A DNA stretch of 60,509 nucleotides, from contig CAYMEV010000011.1 in NCBI GenBank assembly GCA_964389675.1, forward strand, positions 62,001 to 122,509, given 5' to 3'. The translations under genes and the position numbers were made by a program. A model generated the notes under the pieces. That model saw nothing but the letters and a program-made list of their open reading frames with translations. It ran no database searches and was not told the DNA's origin. Position 1 is the first letter of the stretch, and each line of letters begins with the position of its first letter. The DNA is from an uncultured Candidatus Sumerlaeota bacterium. Lineage in GTDB: Bacteria > CAYMEV01. Positions 1 through 10,600 of this stretch are shown here, piece after piece.

Positions 1-1
1 C

Positions 2-661
2 TCCCATCAGATGCATCGGTATATGGGACTGGCAAAATACCTGGGATATCAAGGCGCAGAACCTGGCCCCTATATACCAACACCCCTGGATGATCACATT
101 GGCGATAAGGTCTTCCTTTACCGTTTTATCTCAAAAAGGCTTGAAAGAAATATCACAGTCAGGAAACACACGATAGGAATAGCTCCGGGAGCCAAGTACG
201 GCCCTGCAAAGATGTGGGGCGAGGGAAATTTCAGAAATCTCATTAGCCTCCTCCTTAAGATCAGGGATATAAACATTATTATGATAGGCTCAAGGGAAGA
301 TTATCAGCTTTCAGAGAAAATCAGGGAACCATTTTCTGAAAACCCGCATGTAATTAACTCATCCGGATATTTCAGCCTGATTGAGAGCCTGTATATTATA
401 GGCGAACTGGATCTGCTGGTATCAAATGACTCAGGAGCAATGCACATGGCGTCTGCAAGGGATACAAATATTGCAGCAATATTCGGGCCTACCGTCTTTT
501 CCCATACATCTCCGATATCTCAGAAAGCGACGATCTTTTTCAAAAAGGTTGACTGCTGGCCGTGCAGGTTCAGGAAATGCCCCAGGAAAACCCACAAATG
601 CATGGATCAGATAAAACCCGAAGAGGTATATGATAATATTCTTCAGAGGTTAGGGCTCTGA
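2..661 (+). CDS. waaF: Glycosyltransferase family 9, LPS heptosyltransferase II-like (5'-truncated by window edge)
   Basis: Frame is open from the window start. Motifs IAPGAKYGPAKMW, SNDSGAMHMA and AIFGPT, plus a C-terminal CWPC..KC..HKCM typical of GT9/WaaF. Confidence 0.8.
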   Translation, partial: SHQMHRYMGLAKYLGYQGAEPGPYIPTPLDDHIGDKVFLYRFISKRLERNITVRKHTIGIAPGAKYGPAKMWGEGNFRNLISLLLKIRDINIIMIGSREDYQLSEKIREPFSENPHVINSSGYFSLIESLYIIGELDLLVSNDSGAMHMASARDTNIAAIFGPTVFSHTSPISQKATIFFKKVDCWPCRFRKCPRKTHKCMDQIKPEEVYDNILQRLGL

Positions 662-1132
662 AATGGATTGTTTTCTCTCCATACCAATAAGATACTCTTT
701 TCTCCACAAACCACAGGAAAAGCCGGTCAGATTGCCATTCTTTCCAATTACCCTGTGGCATGGGATTATTATAACATAGGGGTTTCTTTTAAGTATCTGC
801 CCGACAGCCCTGGCAGACTCAGGCCTGTTTGCCCTTTGTGCAAGACAGCTGTAACTTATCGTATGCCCATACGGGATCCTGGAACACTCCTGCAGAACGC
901 TTTTCTTAAAATTACTGCCTTGCAGCGCAATTTTCAGGTCAAATTTTGTTCTTTCACCCTTGAAATACTGATCCAGCTGGCTGACAGCAGCATTTATGAT
1001 CCTGTTTTTACGTTCACTGCTGATTGACTCACCATTATCGCAAAATCCTGCTTTCAAAAGATGCTTTTCATCTGCCTCCAGGACAATCAACCCGGCAGGG
1101 CATCTGTAATATCCCCTGAATATATCGGCCAT
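650..1132 (-). CDS. ogt: Methylated-DNA--protein-cysteine S-methyltransferase
   Basis: Active-site IIPCHRV, ARAVG HTH segment and IPYGHTISY. Confidence 0.95.
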   Translation of the reverse strand: MADIFRGYYRCPAGLIVLEADEKHLLKAGFCDNGESISSERKNRIINAAVSQLDQYFKGERTKFDLKIALQGSNFKKSVLQECSRIPYGHTISYSCLAQRANRPESARAVGQILKRNPYVIIIPCHRVIGKNGNLTGFSCGLWRKEYLIGMERKQSISEP

Positions 1133-1134
1133 AT

Positions 1135-3462
1135 CTACCTGAGCTTTTTATTCAGGTATTTGCCGACAGCCTTCATTGCCCTGTCAGCTGACCTGAAGAC
1201 AGCAAAACCCTTCTTCCTCAATGCAGCAACATAATCATTAAAAAGGTCCCCTGAATCAACTACAAACAGGATCGGTTTATTGCTTCTGCCGGCAAGGTCC
1301 GCTATCCTTTCCGGAAGGTTGCCTGGATCTGCTATATCGCTTCTTAGGGTCTTCATTGCTGCAGTCAGGGGAACTGCCCCGACAATTACCATATCAACTG
1401 ATTCTTCACCGTTTACATACCTGATAATATCTTCATATGCAGCGTCAGTAGCCATAGGCGTAATATCAAGGGGATTGCTGCAGTTCACAAGGGTATTGAT
1501 CTTATTTTTTTCAAGTATGCTGTAGAGCCCCTTGTTAAAAGCATTATCATTCTTGTATAAAAAGACATCTCCGCCGGATCTTAGATTGTCAGCCATTCCT
1601 ACAGCTTCGTAGCCTGCATTGGAGATACAGAAAACCATATTGCCCTTTATGGCTTTATCATGGAAAGAACCAGCAATCTGCAGGATATCTTCAAATTCAT
1701 TAAAATTGTCGCAAACCACAGCTCCGCAGTCAGATAAAATAGACTCACATACATTGTAATCGCCGGCAATAGAAGCAGTATGCCCGCTTGTAGCTGTCTT
1801 TCCCTCAGGTGACCTGCCTGCCTTATAGAATATAACATCTATATCAAGATCTCTGGCGATCTTTACACTCCTTGCAAACTCAATACCGTCAAAATCATTG
1901 AAGCCCTCTACATAGATTCCAATCACCCTTATATCGCTGTCATCCTTTACATAGGCCAGAAAATCAGTCGTTGACAGATCGATCTGGTTCCCTGTTGAAA
2001 TATCATAAAGGGTGCTTAGATGGGGCAGATTGCTCATCCTTGTTATCATGAACGCTCCTGACTGGCTTATCAGAGCTGTATTGCCAATTTTTATTTTTGG
2101 CTTGGGCAGTTTGCTCTGAGGAATAAATAATGTGTCATAATTCCCTTTTTTTGAAAGTATCCCAAGGCAGTTGCCTCCAACAAAAACAGGCCCCCCGTTT
2201 CCTGAAGAATGTGATTTCGTGATAAGTTCACTAACCTCTTTTTCAAGTTTTTTACCCTCTTTGGTCTCACCCATCCCGCCTGGAATAAGGATGACGGATT
2301 CCGCCTTATCATAATTAATTATATCTTTTACAGTATCGGGCACCTGTTCTGCAGATATGGCCAGTACAAGCATGTCGACCTTCTCAGGAAGGTCTTTAAT
2401 AGAGCGGAATGCATTTATGCCGTCAACAGCTTCCCCATCAGGCCTGACAAGGTATATCTTTTCGCTGTTGAACTTATTTTCCAGCAGATTCCTTAAAATA
2501 ATCCTTCCGGGATTCATTCCCTTTGATGATACCCCTATGATTGCACAGCTTTTCGGCTCAAGCAGCTTTTTGATCTTATGGATCGGCTTGGATACAGTCC
2601 TGCCCCTGTTTTTCTTAAATCTCAAAAGCCCGTCAATTGGCATTATATCAGAACCGAAGCATACAAAAGGGTTGATCTCCATCTCAGATATTATAAAATC
2701 TGAATCCCCGGCATATGAATAATGCCTGGCAATTTCAGACATTATGCCTATCAGGCCCTTCAGCCTCTCTTCATCTACTATACGTTCCTTACCCCTCAGC
2801 AGGCCCGCAAGCCTTTTATAGCTAAGGCTGTTCTGGTACTTGCTGAAGATCGAATCATTCCCTGATACCAGAGGCGATGCGATCACTGCTGAGCATTCCT
2901 TTTTAAGATTTTCCGCAAAAAGCTCTGTATTGACGCCCCCTATCCCTATACTTATAATATTATCAAACTCTCTGCTATGCCTTAATCCAATAAACAGCTC
3001 CGTCCCGAAATCATCCTTTTCATAATTAACATACTCCATTATAAGTATGCCTACAGTATCGGCAATGACCCTTTCTAAAAGCTCGTCATCCTCCAGCCCT
3101 TTGTATTTTCTGGGTACCATGCTTTTGTTTGCAAGCAGGAAATCTGAAAACTGCCTGGGAGTGTGCGTAAGCATATAATTTATATTTTCCAGCACATTAT
3201 GGGGGCGTTTTTCTACTACCTTTACCCCTCCGAAATCAGTTTTATGAAGGATATATGGATGTATTATCTTCAGAACAATCTTATCTGAATTAAAACTGGT
3301 AAGAAAAGATGGCTCAAATGTGTCATCCTGTTTATAGACCTGAAACATGGGTATCCTGATATCAAGGCTGTCAAGTACCTCATATACCTCATATTCATAA
3401 AGGAAATCTCTGCCCTGCCTGTCAGCGTTTTTTATAAGATTGTCCATATACTTAAAGTTCAT
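1135..3462 (-). CDS. ADP-forming acyl-CoA synthetase (acetate--CoA ligase family), fused beta(ATP-grasp)-alpha order
   Basis: N-terminal ATP-grasp (HKTDFGGV, EMEINP). CoA-binding domain (LLEPKSCAIIGVS, GGNCLG), then ISQSGA, KAGRS..G..A..GHTAS (phospho-His) and NPLD. Confidence 0.9.
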   Translation of the reverse strand: MNFKYMDNLIKNADRQGRDFLYEYEVYEVLDSLDIRIPMFQVYKQDDTFEPSFLTSFNSDKIVLKIIHPYILHKTDFGGVKVVEKRPHNVLENINYMLTHTPRQFSDFLLANKSMVPRKYKGLEDDELLERVIADTVGILIMEYVNYEKDDFGTELFIGLRHSREFDNIISIGIGGVNTELFAENLKKECSAVIASPLVSGNDSIFSKYQNSLSYKRLAGLLRGKERIVDEERLKGLIGIMSEIARHYSYAGDSDFIISEMEINPFVCFGSDIMPIDGLLRFKKNRGRTVSKPIHKIKKLLEPKSCAIIGVSSKGMNPGRIILRNLLENKFNSEKIYLVRPDGEAVDGINAFRSIKDLPEKVDMLVLAISAEQVPDTVKDIINYDKAESVILIPGGMGETKEGKKLEKEVSELITKSHSSGNGGPVFVGGNCLGILSKKGNYDTLFIPQSKLPKPKIKIGNTALISQSGAFMITRMSNLPHLSTLYDISTGNQIDLSTTDFLAYVKDDSDIRVIGIYVEGFNDFDGIEFARSVKIARDLDIDVIFYKAGRSPEGKTATSGHTASIAGDYNVCESILSDCGAVVCDNFNEFEDILQIAGSFHDKAIKGNMVFCISNAGYEAVGMADNLRSGGDVFLYKNDNAFNKGLYSILEKNKINTLVNCSNPLDITPMATDAAYEDIIRYVNGEESVDMVIVGAVPLTAAMKTLRSDIADPGNLPERIADLAGRSNKPILFVVDSGDLFNDYVAALRKKGFAVFRSADRAMKAVGKYLNKKLR

Positions 3463-3607
3463 AATATCACTCCTTTCAGAAAATTCTTTTAATAAAAAAT
3501 TTCATAAAAACTGTACCGGTACAGAACAATCTAATCCAAACCGGAAAAATTATCAACAATATTTCAGTTTTCATATAACAATAATGGGTTCTGTCCTGTT
3601 TTGATTC

Positions 3608-3635
3608 TTGATTTATCATATAAACCTGATATAAA
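3608..3635 (+). promoter_or_regulatory. Possible sigma70 promoter of the cyclase-STAND gene
   Basis: TTGATT-16 nt-TATAAA with TGn just before the -10. Confidence 0.3.
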
Positions 3636-3663
3636 TAACTAAAATATTCTATCAGAGCGGATA

Positions 3664-6600
3664 ATGAGCTATCTACCCCGTTTTATTTGCAGCAGGTATA
3701 TAAATAAGTCATCAGGCGGACATTTCAAAGCTGCCTCTTTATATATCGATTTTGCAGGATTTACTGCAATGACTGAAAAACTCATGAAAAGGGGGATTGA
3801 AGGAGCTGAAATTCTCTCTGATATTCTGAATAATCTTTTTTTCCATCTTGGCAATATTGTTCAGGGTAACCGGGGGTTCATCACACAGTTTGTGGGTGAT
3901 GCATTTTTTGCTGTCTTCCCGGAGGATACACGCTGTATTGATGCTGCTACTGCATCAGTTGAAATGATACAGCTCCTCAGGGATAAAAAACTGCAGAGAT
4001 CCCATATTGAAGAATACGATATCACCGGGAAAATAGGGCTGTCATCTGGTAATGTCATCTGGGGGATAATTGGAAAATCAGGCAATAAAAGCTATTATTT
4101 CAAGGGGGAAGCAGTAAAAAAATGCATTTTATCCATAGGGCATGCGTCCGCGGGAATGATAACAGCAGACAGGGCATTCTGTGAAAATCTGGATGATACC
4201 ATCAGCACAAGGAAAATAAATAATGAATTCTATGAGATAATACCCTCTGAAATAAAAAGTACTGATACAGTAAAAATAATAGACCAGTGCGATTTTCCAT
4301 TCATGGAAGATTTCTTCCCGGATGAGATACTCAGTAAAGATATAAGGGGGGAATTCAGGGATATTGCAAACCTTTTTATCGGGTTTGAGGAACTCACAGA
4401 TGATTTAATCATAAGAACGAAGGAAATTGCAAAATTCTTCGGGAAGCATAATCTTAAGATAATATTTGGAGACAAGGGAGAGACCATTTTCATAACATTC
4501 GGGGCTCCAGTAGCATATGAAAACAGTATAGAAAGGGCTGTAAATATGGCTCTCCACCTTAGGGAAAAGCTCAGCTGCAGGCTAAAGGCAGGCATTACAA
4601 GCGGAAGGGTATTTTCAGGGCTTATAGGCTGTGATCTGCTGAAATGCTATGATGTCCTGGGGTCAGCAGTCAATCTTTCAGCAAGATTAATGGAGTATTC
4701 AGACTGGGACAGAATACTGATATGCAGGGAGATAAACGACAGCATAAGAGAATTCTGTGAGACCGAATTTATTGGCAAAAAGCTGTTGAAGGGCTTTGAG
4801 AAGCCCGTAACTGTTTACGAGCTTACTGACAGGAAAAAACTGAGAGAGAGTCAATTTTTCAGCAATAAAATGGTTGGGAGGACAGCTGAAAAGAATAATC
4901 TGATTAATATGTGCAAACCCGTATTTAAGGGAAAATTTGCAGGAATTACTTATATTTACGGAAATGCCGGAATTGGGAAATCAAGGCTTGCCTATGAAAT
5001 GATCAGTTCCCTCAGGGACAGAGCTAAGATATTAATACTGCAGACCGACAATATTATACAGAAAGGCCTTAACTGCTTTGAATATGCATTCAGGGAGTAT
5101 TTCAACCAGCACATTGAAAAGGATCAGAATGCTCAGAAAATGGTCTTCTGTTCAATATATGATGACCTTGTGAGGGAACTGGAGGATAACTCATCAGATC
5201 CCAGAAAAGGTGAGATTATCTCAGAGCTTAAAAGGACCGAATCGATAATAGCTGCACTTATCGGGATCTACTGGGAAAACAGCCTTTATGAGTCACTGGA
5301 TAATAGAAGCAGATATGAAAATACGCTTTTTGCCATCAAGAATCTCATCAAAGCTCAGAGCCTCCTGAAACCTGTCATAATACTGCTTGATGATCTGCAC
5401 TGGATTGATGACTCTTCAAAAGAAGCATTTGAAGTATTAACGCGCAATATTGAAAATTACCCTGTTGCAATAGTGATAGCAAGCAGATACAGGGATGATG
5501 GAACAAAACCCGCTCTGAACACCGCAGAAAACATTGAAATAAATGAAATATGCCTGGATTACCTGGACAGATCTTCAATTAAAATCTTTATTCAGATGAT
5601 ACTTAAGAAAAGCGTCAATAAAAGCCTGTTTGATTTTATACGTAACAAGACATATGGCAATCCCTTCTATATTGAGCAGTTCTGCCTTTTCTTAAGGGAA
5701 AACAATATGCTTGAGCTGAAAGATAATGAGTTAAGCCTTATCAAATCAGACATTGAGATTCCTTCTACAATTAACAGGATCTTGACCAGCAGGATCGACA
5801 GACTGTCCCCGGAGCTTAAGAACGCAGTACAACTGGCCTCCGTTCTGGGCAAGGAATTCGAGGTAGAAGTGCTTTTCAGGTTAATAATGGAGGTGAATAA
5901 TAATATATCCTACAGGAAAGCAAACCACCTCGTTGAGATCGGCAAAAATGAACAGATATGGGCTCCAATATCTGAAATCTTTTATATATTCAAGCATACA
6001 CTGCTTTATGACTCTATTTACGGTATGCAGCTGAAGTCCCAGCTCAGACTTGTACACGAGATTGCAGCCGGAATACTTGTTTCCCTGTACTCAGGCAGAG
6101 AGGAACGTTTCATCGAAATAGCCCACCATTTCTACCAGTCAAGGAACAAGGAAAAAGCTGCATTATACTATCAGAAGGCAGCGGCCTACCTGTCGCGCAT
6201 CTATGACAATAAGAAGGCAATTGAGGCATATAACAAGCTTCTGTCCCTTATAACGGAAAGGTCCGAAAAGATACCTGTAATCCTGGAGCTTTCAGAACTG
6301 CTGTCCATAACAGGCCATTGGGATGATGCTATACACCTTTTAAAAAATGCATTAAAGGCCATCAATGCAAAAAACGGGGAAATAATCAATGAGTGCAGGC
6401 TGAAATACAAGCTCTCAAGCCTTTATACCAATAAGGGTGAATATGCCGATTCCATGAAACTGCTTAATGATATAATTGTCAGGCTTAAAAGGAGGAAAAA
6501 GAAGGAATTCAGAAGCATTCTTTCCTCTTCATACGGGATGCTTGCAATTAATTACCATTCCATGAGCGATTATAAGACTGCGCTTAATTTTTACAATAAG

Positions 6601-7611
6601 CAGAAAATAGTATCTGAAAAGATCAGGGACTTAAAAGAGACAGGCAGGGTGATGATCAATATGGGGCTGTTGCACTTTGAGAGGGGGCAATTCGATAATG
6701 CCCTTGAATGCTATGAAAGGGCAAGAACAATACATGAAAAGCTCGGTGATAAAAGCGCTCTTGCAGGAATATACTTAAATATGGGGCTTCTGTATTTTGC
6801 AAAGGATGAGCTTGAGAAGGCTCTGGAATGCTATTCATACGCCAAAGCTGTACAGACAGAGATTGGCAATAAAAAGGAAATGTCCCTTATAATAGGAAAT
6901 ATAGGCAATGTGTATTTCAGACAGGGTAATTACCAGCATGCTCTGGACTGCTATACCTATCTGAAGAATATCTGCACCGAGACTGGAGATAAGAGGGGAC
7001 TCGGAATGGCATTTGCAAACATAGGAAGCATATATTATGAATCATACGGAAAATTGGATTCCGCAGAACTATACTTTAAGAAAAGCATTAAAATATCAGA
7101 AGAAATAGGAGAAAAATTCGGCCTTAGCATAGTCTCCGGAAACCTCGGAAGGCTGTACTCAGAACAGGAAAAAGTAACCAAAGCACTCCATTTCCTGCTA
7201 TACAGCCTGAATACAAGCAGGGATATCGGCTACCACAGCAATGAGGTCTCCATACTGGAATACCTTTCAGAATTATATTATTCTATTTCAGATATTAAAA
7301 AGGCTGAACAATGTTTAAGCGATGCCTTCTCAATAATCCGGGAGAATAATCTCAAATACTATGATTTCAGCTTAAAGGTGCTTGATGCGGTAATAAAAGG
7401 CATTACAGATAAAGACCTGGCAGCCGGAATTCTGCAGGAAATGACATACAATTTCAGCGAAGATTCAGAACAGGCCAGGCTTTATTACGAACTCTGGAAA
7501 ATATCAGGAAAATCATCCCACAGAAAAAAAGCTCTCTCCATCTACGAAAGCCTTTCTAAAGCATCACCGGCCAATCATTATAAAAAGGTCCTGAATGAGC
7601 TTAAAGCATAG
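3664..7611 (+). CDS. Soluble-adenylyl-cyclase-like protein: two class III cyclase domains + STAND AAA ATPase + TPR repeats (paralog 1)
   Basis: C1: YIDFAGFTAMTEK, FVGDA. C2: GDKG, YDVLGSAVNLSARL. Walker A GNAGIGKS, Walker B LLDDLHWID, GNPFYIEQ, FKHTLL. C-terminal NxG..Y TPR repeats. Confidence 0.9.
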   Translation: MSYLPRFICSRYINKSSGGHFKAASLYIDFAGFTAMTEKLMKRGIEGAEILSDILNNLFFHLGNIVQGNRGFITQFVGDAFFAVFPEDTRCIDAATASVEMIQLLRDKKLQRSHIEEYDITGKIGLSSGNVIWGIIGKSGNKSYYFKGEAVKKCILSIGHASAGMITADRAFCENLDDTISTRKINNEFYEIIPSEIKSTDTVKIIDQCDFPFMEDFFPDEILSKDIRGEFRDIANLFIGFEELTDDLIIRTKEIAKFFGKHNLKIIFGDKGETIFITFGAPVAYENSIERAVNMALHLREKLSCRLKAGITSGRVFSGLIGCDLLKCYDVLGSAVNLSARLMEYSDWDRILICREINDSIREFCETEFIGKKLLKGFEKPVTVYELTDRKKLRESQFFSNKMVGRTAEKNNLINMCKPVFKGKFAGITYIYGNAGIGKSRLAYEMISSLRDRAKILILQTDNIIQKGLNCFEYAFREYFNQHIEKDQNAQKMVFCSIYDDLVRELEDNSSDPRKGEIISELKRTESIIAALIGIYWENSLYESLDNRSRYENTLFAIKNLIKAQSLLKPVIILLDDLHWIDDSSKEAFEVLTRNIENYPVAIVIASRYRDDGTKPALNTAENIEINEICLDYLDRSSIKIFIQMILKKSVNKSLFDFIRNKTYGNPFYIEQFCLFLRENNMLELKDNELSLIKSDIEIPSTINRILTSRIDRLSPELKNAVQLASVLGKEFEVEVLFRLIMEVNNNISYRKANHLVEIGKNEQIWAPISEIFYIFKHTLLYDSIYGMQLKSQLRLVHEIAAGILVSLYSGREERFIEIAHHFYQSRNKEKAALYYQKAAAYLSRIYDNKKAIEAYNKLLSLITERSEKIPVILELSELLSITGHWDDAIHLLKNALKAINAKNGEIINECRLKYKLSSLYTNKGEYADSMKLLNDIIVRLKRRKKKEFRSILSSSYGMLAINYHSMSDYKTALNFYNKQKIVSEKIRDLKETGRVMINMGLLHFERGQFDNALECYERARTIHEKLGDKSALAGIYLNMGLLYFAKDELEKALECYSYAKAVQTEIGNKKEMSLIIGNIGNVYFRQGNYQHALDCYTYLKNICTETGDKRGLGMAFANIGSIYYESYGKLDSAELYFKKSIKISEEIGEKFGLSIVSGNLGRLYSEQEKVTKALHFLLYSLNTSRDIGYHSNEVSILEYLSELYYSISDIKKAEQCLSDAFSIIRENNLKYYDFSLKVLDAVIKGITDKDLAAGILQEMTYNFSEDSEQARLYYELWKISGKSSHRKKALSIYESLSKASPANHYKKVLNELKA

Positions 7612-7665
7612 AAATTTGCTGATTCACCAAAATAGATTATTTATAAATTTATATTGTAAAACGAC

Positions 7666-10600
7666 TTATTTTAGTTCATCTATCAGTTTTCTTGTCTGAA
7701 AGGATGGTTTTTCCTTCAGCATCTGTTTGTATATCCCGAGTGATTTTTCCCTGTGGCAATTATCTCCGGTAATTTTCCAGATTTCATAATGAATGCGCCC
7801 GGTCTCCTTAATATCCTGAAATACTGTAAGCATTTTTAAGATCGGTTGCGTATTATTATCCCTTTTAGCAAGAACCTTGCTTTCCAGCAGCTGAGCCTCG
7901 AACCTGAATCTCTCTATCTTCAGCTCATCTGTCAATTTTTTCAGCGCTTCTGCAGACTCATAGGCCTTTTCGTATAATCCAGTACTGTAATGCAGTGTCC
8001 CAATCTGGGCCAGAAGTACCAGCAGTCCGTATTTATAGCCTACCTCACGGCATATAGACCTTGCATTCTCAAACAGTTCAGAAGCCCTGTCATATTTTCC
8101 TGACTCCATAAATACAGAACCCAGATTGGTCAGAATATTGATCAGGTTCATTTTGTCCCCTGCTTCACAGGCAAGTTCCCTCGCCTTCTCAAGCACCAGA
8201 AGTGCTTCTTTATACCTTCCTTCGGCATAATGGATAGCACCTATATTTGTAAGGGATGCATTCAGTATAGCTTTGTCGCCTATCTCCAGGCTAATCTTTT
8301 TAAGGAATCTGAAGCATTCAAGTGCTTTTTCATAATCTTCAAGCTGAAAATAAACACTTCCCATATTTCCGGTAATTATGCCCAGTTCCCTCCTGTTTCC
8401 GATCTCTTCAAAAATCTTCCTGCTTTTCTTAAACAGCTCCATTGCCCTTTCTGTATCCCCTGTATTAAAATATAATCCGCCAATATTTACCAGCAGAGGA
8501 GCGAGATTTGCTTTTAGATCCAGTTTTTCACAGATATCCCTGCTTTTGTTATAGTAAAGCAGGGCATTCTCGTAGTCACCTCTTTCAAAAAATATATATC
8601 CGATATTAATAAGTACCCTGCTTAATTTGCTGTCATTTCCCTCTTTCTCGTATATTTTCCTCTCATCATCATAATACTCCATTGCCTTTTTATAATCTGA
8701 CATACACTGATAATTGTTTCCCAGGATCGATATCGCCCTGCTGTATATATCCTCTGATCCGGAAATTTTTTCATTCTTTATGCTTTCAATCACAGAGGAT
8801 GCAATTTCAATGGATTCTGAGTACTCTCCTTTGCTTCTCTGAACATTTGCTATCCTGTTTTTTATTTCAAGCTCCAGGATGGTTTTTTCAGATGGTTCTG
8901 GAAGCATTTCCATCGCTTTATATAAAATGCTCAGGGCTGAATTCCATTCAGCAAAGAGAAGAAGTACATCCGATTTTTGCATATAAAGCCTGATAATCTC
9001 ACTCTTTTCTTCTGTAAGCTCAATAAGCCTTTCCAGCACATCCAGCGCCTTTTTATTGCTGAAGTTCTTAAGCAGAAAACTCAGAGCCTTTCTATAATAT
9101 AGGACAGCCTTTTCATTCTGTTCTGCCTTATCAAAATGATTTGCTATTTCAAGGAATTTGGATTCTGTACCGCTGTATTCCTTTTCAATCAGCTCCCCTG
9201 CCATCCTGTGAAGCTTTCTTAGATTAGTTTTCAGCTGCATATTATAGACAGCTTCATGAAGAAGGGCATGCTTGAAGATATACCTGATTTCTGAAAGAGG
9301 CGCCCATATCTGCTCCTGTTTTCCAATCCCGATCAATTCATCAAGTATGGAGCCTGAAAGCTCTTTATCCACTACATTTATCAGGTCTACCAGCAGGTTT
9401 GTTTCAAATTCTCTTCCAAGCACTGAAGCTATCTGAACGGCCTGCTTCAGCTCCAGTGACAATCTGTCAATCCTTGAGATAAGGATATGATTAATTCCTG
9501 CGGGAATATCTGTTTCTGTTTTTACAAGGGAAGCCTTCCCGTTTTCAATGCTGATAAGATCATTTTCCGATAAATAAAGGTAAAACTGCTCAATATAAAA
9601 TGGGTTCCCTGACGATTTAGTCCTTATAAAATCCCTGAGCCTGTTATCGATCCTGCTCTTAAACTGGCTTTGTATAAGATTGTCAATCTCCATATCCTCC
9701 AGAAAGCGCAGGTTGATCTCATTGCATATGGCAGTGTTTTCATGGCCAAAAAGGACCGGCCTGGAATTATCATCATTATACCTTCCTGTTGCGATTAATC
9801 CAATCCTGAAATTATCAATATCAGAGAATATAAGCTTGAATGCTTCTTTTGATGCATCGTCAAGCCAGTGTATATCCTCAGCAAGCAGTATAACCGGACA
9901 GATAAGGCTTTGAGCCAGGAAAAAGTTCCTTAATGAAAACAATGTGTTCTCATATCGCCCCTTCGGGTCAAGAGCTTCATAAAGGCTGTCTTTCCAGTAG
10001 ATCCCTAACAATGCCGCCAGGATTGATTTTGTCCTTTTCAGTTCATTAATGATTGATTCCTTCTCGGGATGAACGATATTATCTGAAGAGATAAGCTTTA
10101 TCATATTATCATAGATATTTTCGAAATACTGCCTGCTCTCTTCTGTCTTTCTTATCTTTAGCTGTTCAAAATAGCCTTTCAGAGCATAAATAAATGGATA
10201 CAATTCTGTCTCAATAATATTGTCCGTTTTCATTACAAAGACCCTTTTATCACAGTCAAAGCGCTGTACCACCTCAGCAGCGAGCCTTGACTTTCCAATG
10301 CCGGGAATTCCATATATATAAATAATGCCTGCTGACCTTCCCTCCTGTAAGGGTTTCAGCCATTCAAGGGCAGTACCTGTTTCTTCCTTTCTTCCAATAA
10401 TTGGAGCAGAATACTCTGATTCCTTATGCATTAATCTTCTTCTAATAATTGAGTAAACCCTCTTAGGGGCTTTAATACCCTTAAAATGCCTTTTACCAAG
10501 ATACTCAATATCATATTCATCCCTGACAGCAGCTTCAGCTTCATGGGATATTAAGATCTCATTCCAGTCAGCAGCCTCCATGAATCTTGCAGACAGGTTA

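Noticed and set aside
7612-7665. Bidirectional terminator between the convergent cyclase genes
   Set aside because: Only an AT-only palindrome (TATAAATTTATA) is present, with no GC stem.
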